Source: an uncultured Actinomycetota bacterium
Lineage (GTDB): Bacteria; Actinomycetota; Actinomycetes; Frankiales; Frankiaceae
Length of the DNA stretch: 64,000 bases
Assembly: GCA_963711135.1 (NCBI GenBank)
Contig: CAVQCZ010000005.1
Coordinates: forward strand, 163,149-227,148
Reading direction: 5' to 3'
In this document: in pieces, positions 45,282 to 56,288 of the stretch
Layout: every line of letters begins with the position of its first letter
Position numbering within the stretch: position 1 is the first letter of the stretch
Made by a program: the position numbers and the translations under genes
Notes under the pieces: model-generated
Database searches by the model: none
Told to the model about the DNA's origin: nothing
Seen by the model: the letters and a program-made list of their open reading frames with translations, nothing else

Positions 45282-46612
45282 TGAAGACCTATTCCGCGAA
45301 GAAGGCGGGGAAGGTCAGTCAGCCCGGGTAGGGAGAGCACTGTCACGCTGTTGCTCTCCGCGATGTCGACCCGATTGCTGGGATCGACGCGGATGACGAC
45401 CTTGCGGGTCTCAGGGGCAAAACGCGAGGCGGCCACCCTCAGATCGATGAAGGCGGGCAGCGGGCCCGTCACGATGAACGCCAAACTGGTGTCAGGGGCT
45501 TTGCGCACGGCGTCGCCCGCTTGGTGCAGGAGCGGCGGCTGGCCCAAGCCGGCACGGCTGAAGGCGTCGAGTGTCAGGTGTGCCGGCTTGCGGTCCGCGA
45601 ACTGACCGCCAGTGAGGACGGTCGTCTCCATCTCATCCAAGATGGCCCGTACCGCAAGGGAAGCTCCGACTTGCAAGGCGACCTCGAACGTCTCGGGATC
45701 GTCGTAACTGCCGGCGTGCCCGTCGACCAGGACGAGCAGCTGGGACCGGCGCGTGTCGAGGAACTGGCGCACGAGAAAGGGTGCCTGCGGGTTAGCTCCC
45801 ATCGCCTTGGCGGACGAGCGCCAATGAATGAACCGCCGATCGTCCCCGGGGGCGAATTCCCGCAGCGCGTTGAACGCGAGGTCGCTCATCGACAGGTCTG
45901 TGGTGGGTTGGCCCTCGAGATCGCGCAGGAGCCCCGAGCCGAGCGATGGGACTGAGATCGTCTTGGGGTGCACGAACAGCTCCGTCATCTCCGTCCACGG
46001 AACAGCGCGGCGCAGCAACCCGAAAGGATCCCCACGAACGGTGGTTGCCGGGCCGATCGGGATCACCCCGCGGGCGTCGGTCGGCACGACAAAGAGCTCC
46101 TCGTGTGCGACGCCCGGGCGCAGGCTGGGAAGCGAAAACCGCGCCTTGGAGGTCGCGATCGGGAGCTCCAAGGCAAGCGAGAAGAGCCGCGCACGCGAAA
46201 CGTTCGTCACGCTGACTTGACCAGCCGCCGGGGCGCCGACGACGACCCGGCGCGGGTGTACCTCGACCGAAACGCGAAGCGTGGTGCGGCCGATCGTGAG
46301 GGCGATCGCCAGCACGATGACGATGAGGCAGAAGGCTGCGATGAGAGCGAGTTCGATCCAGTGCAGCCGCGAGCTGAGAATCCACAGGATGACGGCAGCG
46401 ACCAAGACGGTCCATCCGAGCGGAGTGACGACGCTCGTGACGGGCCGGGACAGCCGGACGGCCAGCCGTCCGCGCGCCCGTGTCCGCTGCAGGAACGGGG
46501 CGGCAGCACTTCGCAGCGCCGTCGCTTTCGCAACCGCTTGGCCCGCAGGGCCGCTCAACGTCTTCGGCATGTGACTCTTAGGCCGCCCGTTCCGCCGGCG
46601 GAACAACCTCAT
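45278..46612 (-). CDS. DUF58-family protein (partner of MoxR ATPases)
   Basis: Two N-terminal TM helices are present. The motif NALREFAPGDDRRFIHWRSSAKAM matches the remembered DUF58 signature (REY.PGD..R.I.WK.SAR). The start could be the ATG at 46570. Confidence 0.8.
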   Translation of the reverse strand: MRLFRRRNGRPKSHMPKTLSGPAGQAVAKATALRSAAAPFLQRTRARGRLAVRLSRPVTSVVTPLGWTVLVAAVILWILSSRLHWIELALIAAFCLIVIVLAIALTIGRTTLRVSVEVHPRRVVVGAPAAGQVSVTNVSRARLFSLALELPIATSKARFSLPSLRPGVAHEELFVVPTDARGVIPIGPATTVRGDPFGLLRRAVPWTEMTELFVHPKTISVPSLGSGLLRDLEGQPTTDLSMSDLAFNALREFAPGDDRRFIHWRSSAKAMGANPQAPFLVRQFLDTRRSQLLVLVDGHAGSYDDPETFEVALQVGASLAVRAILDEMETTVLTGGQFADRKPAHLTLDAFSRAGLGQPPLLHQAGDAVRKAPDTSLAFIVTGPLPAFIDLRVAASRFAPETRKVVIRVDPSNRVDIAESNSVTVLSLPGLTDLPRLLRGIGLQ

Positions 46613-47553
46613 CGAGGATGCGCTGGATCACCTGTTCCACGGTCACGCCGCTGAACTGCGCCTCGGCGTCAAGCAGCAGCCGGTGGCCAAGCAGCGGCCC
46701 GGCGAGCTCCTTGATGTCGTCGGGGATGACGTAAGGTCCTGCCCTCGGCCGCGGCCCAGGTCTTGGCGCAGCGCACGTACGCGAGGCAGCCGCGGACCGA
46801 CAAGCCCAGCCGAACGTCGGGACGGCGTCGCGACTCCTCGGCCAGCCGGCTGACGTAGCCGAGGATCGCAGGGTCGACGTGAACCTCGTCGGCGAGGCCG
46901 GCTCATCTGCGGCGACGACATTGGCCGTGATGATGGGCTGCACCGCGGCGGTGCGGTCGCGACGCTCGGCCACGACGAGACAGCAGCGCGACGGTCGCCT
47001 CGTGGTCGGGATAGCCGAGATTCGTCTTCATCAGGAACCGGTCGAGCTGAGCCTCCGGCAGCCGATAGGTGCCGGCCTGCTCGATGGGGTTCTGGGTGGC
47101 GATGACCATGAAAGGCCGCCGACGGCATGCGCGACGCCGTCGATGGTGACGCGGCCCTCCTCCATGACCTCGAGCAGCGCCGACTGGGTCTTCGGCGAGG
47201 CCCGGTTGATCTCGTCGGCGAGCACGATGGTGGCGAAGATGGGACCGCGGATGGAACTCGAAGTCCCGGCTGCGTCTGGTCGTAGATCGTCACGCCGGTG
47301 ACGTCCGAGGGCAGCAGATCGGGCGTGAACTGGATGCGGTTGTGCGTGCCCTGGACCGTGTTCGCGAGCGCCTTCGCGAGCTGGTCTTGCCGGTGCCCGG
47401 GTAGTCCTCGAGGAGCAGGTGACCCTCGGACAGCAGGCAGGTCAGCGCGAGCCGCACAACGTGGTGCTTGCCGAGCACCGCGACCCCGACATTGTCCGCC
47501 AAGCGGTTGAACGTCTGGGCGAACCAGGACATCTGTTCTTGTGTAGCAGTCAT
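46578..47553 (-). pseudogene. moxR: MoxR-type AAA+ ATPase gene broken by at least 6 frameshifts
   Basis: The gene starts at the ATG at 47553 with an AGGTGG RBS. Family-typical pieces lie in different frames: ...[12 protein letters not shown] | [35 protein letters not shown] | [36 protein letters not shown] | [35 protein letters not shown] | [53 protein letters not shown] | [22 protein letters not shown]. The switches are near 47380, 47272, 47245, 47113, 46978, 46900 and 46733. Confidence 0.8.
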
Positions 47554-47560
47554 ATTCCAC

Positions 47561-50500
47561 CTAACCCGTATGGCCGTAAGAATTAATTGTGTTAGACGTG
47601 GCGCCGTTGATCTTTGCCCATACATGGTAATTCTGCGATCCATACCCGAACCATCTCGAGGCCGACCCTTGACCACTGGAATTGAAGGTGATCGATTGGT
47701 GCCACCAAACGCCGTTGTCTGGAGCATCGTCGTACCAGTAGACGGTGTAGGTGGTATTCGGCGCAAACCCGGTACTACTGAGATTGATGTAATGACAGGA
47801 GGAATCGCCGCCGCAATAGGATGCCGGTGCCGACCCGCCCCAGCTGATGGAGATTTGTTGAGGCGGCGGTGGTGCCGCGCCGGTGCTGCCCGTATCGCTT
47901 TGCGACGCAGATGCGCGGCCCGGATCGGAAATGGTGGCGGTCAGGGTGTCGGAGCTGCTCCACGGGATGGTGTCCGAGACGTTCCACGAACCGCCGCCGT
48001 TCACCCCGAAGGTCTGGTGTTGACCCGCACTCGTCGAGACATCAACGGTTGCAGGCCTTCCGTTCGAGTTGGCACTAACGGTGAAGGTGACGGTCTGACC
48101 GCTCACGCTGTGCGTGATGGTGGGCTGCTGGAAAGGCCCGTACGTGGTCACGGTGGCAGAAGCCGATCCGCCGCATGCGCTACCCGCAAAGGCGTCGCTT
48201 CCGTGACTGCCGTTGCAATCCTGCAACAGGATGGTGGTTGCCTGACCGTTGGTGAGGCCGCTGATGGGTTCGGTGACTCCCGACTGGCCCGCGGTCGGCA
48301 TCGGCCACGATCCGCAACTTCCTCCACCGCTGATGGTGCAGTTGACCGTGGAACTGGCGCCATAGGACGGAGGCGCGTCGAATGTCAACGTCGCGCCGCC
48401 GTCTTGCCCGGTCGCAGTCGCCGTGAAGTTCTGCGGGGTTCCGGGAGTTGCCGTGGCTTCCATTTGCACGGGATCACTGGATGGTGAGGTATGCCCGGGA
48501 CCGGTGGCGGCGTTGGCTGCGATAACGGTGTACTGGTAGATCGTCCCGTCGTTCGGTAGGCCGTCGTCGGGGCACGAGGTTGCCGCCGTGATGCCGGTAC
48601 AAACCGTCTTGGTGCCCGAGCCGCCGGTACGCGTGACGGTGTACGAGGTTGGGGCCGGGCCGTTCGGGTCGTCGGGCGTCCACGAGACCGTAACCGCGCG
48701 GGTCGCCGCAGAGTCCGTCGATGCTACGAACGTTGGAGTCGAGGGTTTAGCGGGGGCACCGGCCGACTCACCGGGGACGGGCTGCGGTATGCCACGCCCC
48801 TGCGCGTTGATCGGCGTGACGGTGAACGTGTAGGTGTGGTCGTTATCCAGGCCGCTGATCGGTGCGCTTGTTGCCGTTCCTGCGGCTGTCGAATGACCGC
48901 CGTTGTCCCAAACGATGTCGTAGGACGTCAGAGGACTGCCCTCGTTCGTCGCGGGATTCCAGCTCAGCTCCAGTGAACCGTCCTGGGGATTGCTCGTTTT
49001 CAGTCCTGAAACGGCGCCCGGCACGGTGTCAGGCTTTGCCGTTGCCGAGGACCCGCTGGGGTCGCTCCAATCGACGAGGTTGTGCGCGCGGACGGTGAAG
49101 GTGTACGTGCTGCCGTTGTGCAATCCCGTGATCAGGCATGGGGATGCCGAGCACGTCTGCGTGCTCGAGCCGTAATTGACTTCGTACCGGTCGATCGGCG
49201 CACCGTTGTTGGCGGGCGTCGTCCAGGAGAGCTCGACCGAGCGGCTCAGCACAGTGCGGCCAACCTGCGGGGTGCCTGGCGGATCCGGCTTCCCCAGTAC
49301 GTGCAGCGTGATCTGACCGGTCACCTGCCGGCTCGCAAGCGAGGAGTTGGTGGAATCGCTGACGAGCACCGGGAACGTCATGGTCCCGTGGGCGTTCGCG
49401 GCCGGCGTGATCGTGACCGTGGATCCCTGGAAGGAGGCGGTCGCGTTGCTGCCGTTCGCCGTCACGTGCAGGACGCTGACCACCGCGTCGCGTAACGGTG
49501 ACGACACGTATCCCTTCAGATCGACTGTCGCCGTGCTGCCGGCTTTGACGCCGTCGATGGTGACCGGGGTGAATGACGGTGGTGCCGCCTCCTGCACCCT
49601 GAATTGGAGTGTCGAAGGCGTGGCGTCCGTGCCGTCTGCTTTCACCACCAGGACTGCAGTCCTGCCCGGCGTCGCGCCGCCTGCCGCCGTGACACTCAGC
49701 GTCGAGGTCCCGGATCCGCCGACGGCGAGGCCGTCTGAGCCGCCTTGCCACGAGCCGGAGAAACGAAGCTGGCTTCGCTCCTGTGCGGTTGGCGTCCAGA
49801 CGTGGCAGACCGAGGGGATATCGACCGCTACTGCAGGGCCTCCCGTTGTGACCGTCAGCGGGCTTTCGGGGCAGCGCAGCACCGGAGTCGGCGGGCCCAC
49901 CTGCACGGGAACCGTAAGGACCGCGGTCTGCCCGCTGGGGTCGGTCAATGAGTTTCCATCGGTGACTTCAAACGTGATCGCGGCCGGGCCTACATATCCG
50001 GGACGGCCGGTGAGGACGAGCTGGTCCTTACCGGAATTGCGTACCGCCAGGCCGCTTGCCGGGCTTGCCCAGATGTGGCTGGTGATCGTGAGTCGTACAG
50101 GTTTGCCGGCGGGGTCAATCACGAGATCCGCCAGGGGCACGGTCTTGGTAGCGCCCTTGTCGATGGAGATCGAAGCCCCGGGTTTGGTGTACGGGGCCCC
50201 GGAACCGACACCCGGGACGTGGATTACCGCGGCCGCCGTTGCACCGCCGGCGTCCTTGATTTCGTACGCGACGGTTTGGGGATGGTCGAGGACCGGGATC
50301 CTCACTTTCCCGTCGGTGGTCACCGTCGCCCCGGGAGCGAAGACATGGCTGACGACGAGCTGGTCGGACGGGCCGTCGGGGTCGACGGCCTTCGCCAGGA
50401 CGTCGACCGTGACGGCAGTGGCCTTGGGACCCGGCTTCGCGTCGGTATCCAGGGCCACGGGCGGGATGTCATGCTGCGCTTCACTGCGCACCGTCAGTGT

Positions 50501-53500
50501 CCCGACAGCCGGCGTGCCGAGTCCGTCAGTGACCCCGTAGAGCACGACGACGGGCTTCCCGGTGAGCTGCGGGGCAGTGACCTCAATCGGACCTTGCGGC
50601 GAGACCAGGACGGTTCCTGCCGGCAGTTGTGAGTTGCTGGTGCTCAGCGGCTGGATCTTCACGTTGTCGTCCGGTGCCACCAAGTCGTTCGACAAGACGT
50701 CGACGCTCAACCGAGTTCCAGGGCTGGCCACGATCGTGTCGTCGACCGCCACAGGCGGTTGCGGGTCGCCGGCTGGGACGACGGCGATACGGACGGTCGC
50801 CGAGCCGGTCTTGCCGTACCGGTCAGAGACCACGTAGGTGAACTGATCGGTCCCGCTGCTGGTCGGGTACGCCAGATACGTCAGCGAGTGCATGCCGATG
50901 CCGGCGACGCGACCCAGGGTCGGCGCGGAAGCGATCCCGGTAACGGTCACTGAATCGCCGTCCGGATCTACCCCGGAGGTCGTTACCGGAAGGGTGATGG
51001 TGTCACCGGCGACCACCCGGGCCTCGATATCCGCGGGCTGCGGGTTGTGGTCCGGGTTGGCCGGGGTCGGAGCCGGAGTCACGGTGACATGCAGGTGCCC
51101 GGTCGCCTGATCACCGGCGGGGTCTTGCGCCACATAGTCGACCAGCACGGTCTGCGTTGTGTTGACGCTGGAAGGCGCAACGTAGCGCACCAGGTTTCCC
51201 GTGACGTATGCGCTGCCCCACTTGGCCCCGGTAGTGCCGTCTGGACCGGTAACGACGAGCTGCCCCTGGCTCGCTCCGGTGACTCTCGTCGCTAGTGAGA
51301 TGGGATCGCCACCCGGGTCCGTGTCGTTGTCGAGCACGGGTACCGCAGCGGAATCCCCGACCCGCACAGTGGCGAAGTCGTCCTGCGGGACAGGCGTATC
51401 CGTAGCAACCGCGGGGAGCTGCCGTACCAAGACTTCACCGGTGGCGCTGCTGATGCCGTCCGTCACGGTGTAGCGCACCAGGAGTGGCAACGCGCCAAGC
51501 GATGAGGAGAGCGCCTTGATACGAAGCCAATGACCGGAAAGGACAGCGAGCTGCAACTGACCGTTGTTCGCGACTGCAGTTGCTGACTGGACGGCCAGCA
51601 CCTTGCCCGCCGGGTCATAGTCATTGGCCAAGACATCGAGGATCAAAGGCGCTTGCCCGTGCACGACAGCTGTGTCGGGCATGGCTACCGGGGGCAGGGT
51701 GGTCGTCGATGCGGGTTTGACGTTGATGCGAATCTTCCCGGTGGCGAACGGGGCATTGCCGAAGGCTGCCTGGTACGTGAGCAGGAATTCGCCCGGGTGC
51801 GACGCCGTCACCGTGACACGGCCGAGCCTCACATCGGTGTCGACCTTGAGACCTTCGGGCGCTGCCACGGGGCCGGCCAGGGCCAACTGTGCTGACGGCG
51901 AGCCCGGGTCGGATCCGGGAAGATCGTTGTCCAGCGGGTGCAGCTCGATCGGCTGGCCCACCTGGCCCTGCCCGACATCGGGTTGCGCGATGGCGGCGAC
52001 CGTCTTGGTTTCCGCCGGACCGCTGACATTGACCGTAAAGCTGTGCGGGACCGCCGGGCTGAGCCCGTCCGACACGTGATAAGTGATGGTCTGCGGGCCG
52101 CCGGCGACAGGAGCGCTGAAGAACAGCCTTCCGTCCGGGCTCGTCGTGACCGAGCCGCTCGAGGCGGTGGCGTCGGTGAGGGCTACCGGGTCGCCGTCAT
52201 AGTCACGCCAGTCAGCGAGCACGGGGACGGACAGATGACCACCTGAAGCAACGTTCCAGACAGAATCGTGGAAGCCGACGCGCAGCTTGGGCGGGTCCTC
52301 GTCGGATGGGCCGCGGGCCTGAACGGTCACATCCCCAATGACAGCAGGGCCTTTGCCGTCATCGACGGTATAGGTGAACGTGGTGTCACCGCTGCCGGGT
52401 GCCATCGAGATGACCACGCTCTGGCCATCGGGCGCGATCGCGAGGGTGTCAGCCGGATTGCTTGCGGCGCTGACTCCAATGACCGAAAGAATGTTGCCGG
52501 CCGGGTCGGAGTCGTTATCCAGCACGTGCAAGACAGTCGTGCGGCCCGGGCGTGCGCCAAGCTGAATCGGCTTGACGTTCGGCTTCTGATTCTGCGTGTT
52601 GAGGCTGATGTCGTTGTTCTTGGTTTTGTTGCTGTTGCTCTGAATCGGTGGCGGCTTGACAGCAGACCAGTCATCGACCTTCAGGTGGTTGTCCACGTCC
52701 CAGACCGCGCCGTTCGCGACATCGTTCAAGACGATGCTTTTGCGATTCAGCCGGAAGACAGGCCGGGTCAGGTTGGGATCGCCTCCGCCGAGGCGTGTCT
52801 TGACGGCGGCCGAATTCGCGCACCCTCGAGCGTAGGCTCCGGGCCGCCCCGCCCACGCGGCGTAGACGCATCCGCCGAGAACGACAGGGGCTGCGGGGGT
52901 GCCTGTGCCGTCGCCCGACAGGGTAGTGACCTTGCCGGAAGACAGGGCGACGGAAACGAGCCTTCGGTCGCTGGCGAGCACCACCGCCGTCGATTGAGGC
53001 CCGGGCTGCTGTAGCGTGCCGGCGACGAAGCTGCCTTTAAGCGAGAAGGTGGCTCCGGTAGATGTGGCAATGGAGCCGGTGTTGCTGTCGAACGCCACGA
53101 GGGTTGATCCGACCGCCGTGATGCGGATGCTCTGGAACGCTGTGGCGAGCCGGGTTCGCACCGGCTTGGCAAAACCGGCCCCTGCTGGGCTCAGGGTTAC
53201 CACAGTGCCGTTGGTGGAGGCGGCGTAGACCGTGCCGTCTTGAGCGACGGTGAGCGCCGGCTTTCCACTCGACCGGGGCAACGTGGCGATAGCCGTCGCG
53301 CTGGTGGGCGCTACTGCGCTGAGTGAAGTGACTCCGGTGTCCGTGTCCACTCGCTGGGCCCACAGCTTCCCGGTGGAGGGATCGAGGATCGCCAAGCTGC
53401 CGCCGGTGATCTGCACGTCGTCGTTTGAAGGCACGGGAATGGCTTGGTTGGTGAGCACGACGGCGCGATTCACATCGACCGGGAAAAGCTTGCCCTGCGT

Positions 53501-53833
53501 GTTGTCTCGCGCGATCACGGCTGCACCGTCTTGCGACACGTCAAGCGTGGAGGTTTCGCGCGCACCGCCGGGCGGGTTGAACGCCCCGTCGAGCGCGCCC
53601 GCCGGTTTGTTCACACGTCCGAAAAGGTCTTGAGCGTTGTTCGTGACCCAGATCCCGCCGTCGTGGAGATTCACGTGTTGAACGGGGTATCCGTTCGACG
53701 TCAGGGCGAACGCCACGAGGGTGGAAGCCCCCACTGCCAGAGCCGCAGTTGACGCAAGCGCCGTCTGATGGCGCTTCAGAAACCCCAATGCATCCCCCGG
53801 AACATCTAACCTGAAAAAAACAGGTACGGCCAA
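47561..53833 (-). CDS. Giant (2090 aa) membrane-anchored surface protein with a propeller-like N-domain, many cadherin/Ig-like domains, FN3 domains and a Trp/Tyr-rich C-terminal domain
   Basis: The N-terminal TM segment is [20 protein letters not shown]. Cadherin-like signatures recur ([61 protein letters not shown]). FN3 units are visible ([23 protein letters not shown]..., [22 protein letters not shown]...). The TTG start at 53833 is uncertain. The stop is 7 nt before the moxR start. Confidence 0.85.
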   Translation of the reverse strand: MAVPVFFRLDVPGDALGFLKRHQTALASTAALAVGASTLVAFALTSNGYPVQHVNLHDGGIWVTNNAQDLFGRVNKPAGALDGAFNPPGGARETSTLDVSQDGAAVIARDNTQGKLFPVDVNRAVVLTNQAIPVPSNDDVQITGGSLAILDPSTGKLWAQRVDTDTGVTSLSAVAPTSATAIATLPRSSGKPALTVAQDGTVYAASTNGTVVTLSPAGAGFAKPVRTRLATAFQSIRITAVGSTLVAFDSNTGSIATSTGATFSLKGSFVAGTLQQPGPQSTAVVLASDRRLVSVALSSGKVTTLSGDGTGTPAAPVVLGGCVYAAWAGRPGAYARGCANSAAVKTRLGGGDPNLTRPVFRLNRKSIVLNDVANGAVWDVDNHLKVDDWSAVKPPPIQSNSNKTKNNDISLNTQNQKPNVKPIQLGARPGRTTVLHVLDNDSDPAGNILSVIGVSAASNPADTLAIAPDGQSVVISMAPGSGDTTFTYTVDDGKGPAVIGDVTVQARGPSDEDPPKLRVGFHDSVWNVASGGHLSVPVLADWRDYDGDPVALTDATASSGSVTTSPDGRLFFSAPVAGGPQTITYHVSDGLSPAVPHSFTVNVSGPAETKTVAAIAQPDVGQGQVGQPIELHPLDNDLPGSDPGSPSAQLALAGPVAAPEGLKVDTDVRLGRVTVTASHPGEFLLTYQAAFGNAPFATGKIRINVKPASTTTLPPVAMPDTAVVHGQAPLILDVLANDYDPAGKVLAVQSATAVANNGQLQLAVLSGHWLRIKALSSSLGALPLLVRYTVTDGISSATGEVLVRQLPAVATDTPVPQDDFATVRVGDSAAVPVLDNDTDPGGDPISLATRVTGASQGQLVVTGPDGTTGAKWGSAYVTGNLVRYVAPSSVNTTQTVLVDYVAQDPAGDQATGHLHVTVTPAPTPANPDHNPQPADIEARVVAGDTITLPVTTSGVDPDGDSVTVTGIASAPTLGRVAGIGMHSLTYLAYPTSSGTDQFTYVVSDRYGKTGSATVRIAVVPAGDPQPPVAVDDTIVASPGTRLSVDVLSNDLVAPDDNVKIQPLSTSNSQLPAGTVLVSPQGPIEVTAPQLTGKPVVVLYGVTDGLGTPAVGTLTVRSEAQHDIPPVALDTDAKPGPKATAVTVDVLAKAVDPDGPSDQLVVSHVFAPGATVTTDGKVRIPVLDHPQTVAYEIKDAGGATAAAVIHVPGVGSGAPYTKPGASISIDKGATKTVPLADLVIDPAGKPVRLTITSHIWASPASGLAVRNSGKDQLVLTGRPGYVGPAAITFEVTDGNSLTDPSGQTAVLTVPVQVGPPTPVLRCPESPLTVTTGGPAVAVDIPSVCHVWTPTAQERSQLRFSGSWQGGSDGLAVGGSGTSTLSVTAAGGATPGRTAVLVVKADGTDATPSTLQFRVQEAAPPSFTPVTIDGVKAGSTATVDLKGYVSSPLRDAVVSVLHVTANGSNATASFQGSTVTITPAANAHGTMTFPVLVSDSTNSSLASRQVTGQITLHVLGKPDPPGTPQVGRTVLSRSVELSWTTPANNGAPIDRYEVNYGSSTQTCSASPCLITGLHNGSTYTFTVRAHNLVDWSDPSGSSATAKPDTVPGAVSGLKTSNPQDGSLELSWNPATNEGSPLTSYDIVWDNGGHSTAAGTATSAPISGLDNDHTYTFTVTPINAQGRGIPQPVPGESAGAPAKPSTPTFVASTDSAATRAVTVSWTPDDPNGPAPTSYTVTRTGGSGTKTVCTGITAATSCPDDGLPNDGTIYQYTVIAANAATGPGHTSPSSDPVQMEATATPGTPQNFTATATGQDGGATLTFDAPPSYGASSTVNCTISGGGSCGSWPMPTAGQSGVTEPISGLTNGQATTILLQDCNGSHGSDAFAGSACGGSASATVTTYGPFQQPTITHSVSGQTVTFTVSANSNGRPATVDVSTSAGQHQTFGVNGGGSWNVSDTIPWSSSDTLTATISDPGRASASQSDTGSTGAAPPPPQQISISWGGSAPASYCGGDSSCHYINLSSTGFAPNTTYTVYWYDDAPDNGVWWHQSITFNSSGQGSASRWFGYGSQNYHVWAKINGATSNTINSYGHTG

Positions 53834-53887
53834 CTGGTGACTCGTCGTCCTTTTGGCAGCGTGTCAGTTGCCGCTCCAGTCGGCGAT

Positions 53888-53901
53888 GGGGAGAACTCCC
53901 C
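53888..53901 (-). promoter_or_regulatory. Palindrome GGGGAG-TT-CTCCCC (read on the minus strand), copy 2 of 3
   Basis: The plus strand reads GCGATGGGGAGAACTCCCCGCC. It lies about 55 nt upstream of the annotated start of the giant gene, in the 116-nt gap after the FHA-like/HTH gene. Confidence 0.5.
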
Positions 53902-53949
53902 GCCTGTAAAGAGAATTGCGAGGCGACGACCGTGCTACGCGTTCGCCAA

Positions 53950-54669
53950 TCATGGGGCCTCCGTCCGGTCGAGGAGGCTCAGATCGTCACGATGCACGAG
54001 CCGGGTAGCGAGTGCGAACTCCACCAACCTGGCGCGACGATTGACGGCCAGGCGCTCCGGTCCTCCGTGTAGCCCCCGGACCCCGACTTGAGTCAGTCGC
54101 TGGCAGACGTTGTCCAGCTTGCGGTTGAACTTGGTGATCGGCCATCCGAGACGCGCGGCTGCTTCGGCGGATGTCGGCACCGTGGATGCCCCGCGCTCGC
54201 CGCGCCTCAGGGGCTGCTCGCACAAGGCGATGACAAGGAGTCTCTGGTCCGGCGTCAAGGAAACCGGCCCGACGGTCGTGATTCCGGTGTCACTCTGCTC
54301 GGCGAGCGCAGGGGTGTACGGCGCGGCCTCGAGCTGCACCTCGAACTCGTAGGTCGTGGGACCTGCGGTGAACCAGACAATGTTTCGGCTGAAGACCAGC
54401 GGAAGTCTCGCGCCCGGGGCCAGCCAAGCCTGCATCGTGCCGTGCTCGTCGGCGATGGTGGCGGTGAGCTGGGTGCCGAGATTGCTGAGCACCCACAGCG
54501 AGTCCTGGTCGGCAAGCTGCAGGAACTTGCGATGCAGGTAGGGGTTGTCGTCCACCGTGAGGTCGCCGTCCCTACCGATGGTGAAAGGCCGCGACGGGAC
54601 GACGACGTATCTCTCACCGCAGAAATCGATCGTTGCAGCGGGCAGAGCCGCGGCGGAGACGGGCATCAT
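53950..54669 (-). CDS. Degenerate-FHA-like domain plus C-terminal HTH protein (candidate locus regulator)
   Basis: The start is ATGATG at 54669, forming an ATGA overlap with the kinase stop. The N-domain reads RPFTIGRDGDLTVDDNPYLHRKFLQL...LWVLSNLG. The C-terminal part is HTH-like (LTPDQRLLVIALCEQPLRRG...TSAEAAARLGWPITKFNRKLDNVCQRL). It is a paralog of 62555..63244. Confidence 0.65.
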   Translation of the reverse strand: MMPVSAAALPAATIDFCGERYVVVPSRPFTIGRDGDLTVDDNPYLHRKFLQLADQDSLWVLSNLGTQLTATIADEHGTMQAWLAPGARLPLVFSRNIVWFTAGPTTYEFEVQLEAAPYTPALAEQSDTGITTVGPVSLTPDQRLLVIALCEQPLRRGERGASTVPTSAEAAARLGWPITKFNRKLDNVCQRLTQVGVRGLHGGPERLAVNRRARLVEFALATRLVHRDDLSLLDRTEAP

Positions 54670-56288
54670 GGGCTGCACTTCGCGGCCGACCAATCGACAG
54701 CAGCATTGCTGCCGTCCGCACGCATCACTTTGATCTGCAGGCAGACAGGCGTCCCCGCGGGGGCGGACAGCGTCAGTGAGTTGTGTTGCGTGACACCGTG
54801 ACGAGCATTGTCGGAGGTTCTCCACCTGAAGGTGTCGCTGGCCAATGAGGCGTCGTAGGTCCAGCCGAACTGGACTGCGCCAGCGCTTGTCCGGGTGGCT
54901 GTGATCTGCGGTGTGCCAGGCGGAATCGCTTCTCCCGCAATGCCGGCGTCCTGCGGGGGCGTCGTCTGCGAGGTGCTCGCTAGCGCGTGAGCCTTGGGCT
55001 TGCTCCCGGATGACAGTGCTACTCCGACGGCGATGCTCGTCGCGATCACGACGGCAGCGGCTGCTACGACGAGGTAGCGTCGCGCGCCCCGGTGGGTTTC
55101 TCCGGCTGCCTCGGCTACTACGCCGCCCTGAGGTATTTCGGGCGACACCGGCTTGCGGATGGTTGACGGCAGCTCTCGCTTGTGTGCTGCGGCGCGGTCG
55201 ACCGATCGCGCCGCCGAGCCAGCCGAAGTCGCCTCGGCCGCCGGGGAAGGAGCTCGACCATCGGGAGCTTTCGGTGGCGGCGGTTGGACGAACTGCCGCC
55301 TCGAGCCCGGTGGGCTGGGCGGGGGAACGAGGGGTACGCGCTGCGGGGTTCGGACTGAGGTCGGCGCCTCTTCCCCGCCCCCGATTACGCGGCGAACAGC
55401 TTGCGTCTGCTCCTCTGCCAGGACCACGATGTCAGTGCGCGGAAGGCGAAGCTCCTGCTCGACCGCGAGGAGGGACCGAGCTAAGGCAATCGCGGACTCC
55501 GGCCGAGCGCTTGGATCCTTCGCCATGGCCTGCTGAAGAAGCCGCTCAAACGTGGTGGGGACTTCGGCGCGGCCGGTTGGGGGCGGCGGGGTGTCCCTGA
55601 TCCTGCGCATGAGCGCGTAGGCCTTGTTGTCCCCGCGGGGGACCTCGAACGGAGAACGCCCGACGAGCAAGTGCCACAGCGTTGCGCCGAGCGAGTAGAC
55701 GTCGGAGCGGACGCTCGCCGATGCCGTGCCGTAAAGGACCTCGGGCGGTGCCCAGGGAACTGAGACGCCGCCGTCCTCCTCTTCCGCCTCAGCGGAGGCG
55801 AGTTGAGCAGCGATACCGAAATCGGTAAGCCCAGGCGCCCCGTACTGGCTGGTGAGAATGTTCGCCGGCTTGATGTCCCGGTGCAAGATGCCCGCCCTGT
55901 GGGCGGTTTCCACCGCGCTGGCGATCTGTATGCCGATGCGGATGACCTCGGCGACAGGCAGTCCACCTTGCGCCGCCCGCACACTCAGGTTCGGGCGCGA
56001 GTAGTAGCTCATGAGCAGGAATGGACGGCCATCGTCGGTTTCGCCGGCAGAGAAGACCGGGACGATGTTGGGATGGTCGGCCAACGCGGCCATCGCGTTT
56101 GCTTCGGCTACGAATTGCCGACGAACCCCATCATCGAGATTGCCGACGCGGAGCACCTTGACGGCGACCTTGCGTCGCGGCATCTCTTGCTCGTACAGGT
56201 AAACATCGCTGTATCCCCCAGAGCCGAGTGGTTCGAGGTAGCTCAGACCAGAGATCTCCGGAATCGCTTCGGACAACGGCCGTTTCAC
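54666..56288 (-). CDS. Single-pass receptor Ser/Thr protein kinase with a small beta-rich ectodomain
   Basis: Kinase motifs are present (GSGGYSDVYL, VAVKVL, HRDIKPANIL, DFGIAA, PWAPPE). The TM segment is YLVVAAAAVVIATSIAVGVAL. The GTG start overlaps the upstream stop (GTGA). Confidence 0.85.
   Translation of the reverse strand: MKRPLSEAIPEISGLSYLEPLGSGGYSDVYLYEQEMPRRKVAVKVLRVGNLDDGVRRQFVAEANAMAALADHPNIVPVFSAGETDDGRPFLLMSYYSRPNLSVRAAQGGLPVAEVIRIGIQIASAVETAHRAGILHRDIKPANILTSQYGAPGLTDFGIAAQLASAEAEEEDGGVSVPWAPPEVLYGTASASVRSDVYSLGATLWHLLVGRSPFEVPRGDNKAYALMRRIRDTPPPPTGRAEVPTTFERLLQQAMAKDPSARPESAIALARSLLAVEQELRLPRTDIVVLAEEQTQAVRRVIGGGEEAPTSVRTPQRVPLVPPPSPPGSRRQFVQPPPPKAPDGRAPSPAAEATSAGSAARSVDRAAAHKRELPSTIRKPVSPEIPQGGVVAEAAGETHRGARRYLVVAAAAVVIATSIAVGVALSSGSKPKAHALASTSQTTPPQDAGIAGEAIPPGTPQITATRTSAGAVQFGWTYDASLASDTFRWRTSDNARHGVTQHNSLTLSAPAGTPVCLQIKVMRADGSNAAVDWSAAKCSP

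Noticed and set aside
46643-47560. 305-aa ORF taken at face value as a gene
   Set aside because: Only about 35 of its codons ([35 protein letters not shown]) are MoxR-like. The rest is out-of-frame read-through of the broken moxR gene.
49347-50540. 397-aa plus-strand ORF, and many others within 47.5-53.8 kb
   Set aside because: They are antisense or alternative frames of the 2090-aa gene, whose frame shows coherent domain repeats.
54670-54825. N-terminal extension of the FHA-like/HTH ORF
   Set aside because: It overlaps the 3' end of the kinase gene and is Cys/Arg-rich. The ATGA-coupled start at 54669 fits the operon pattern.
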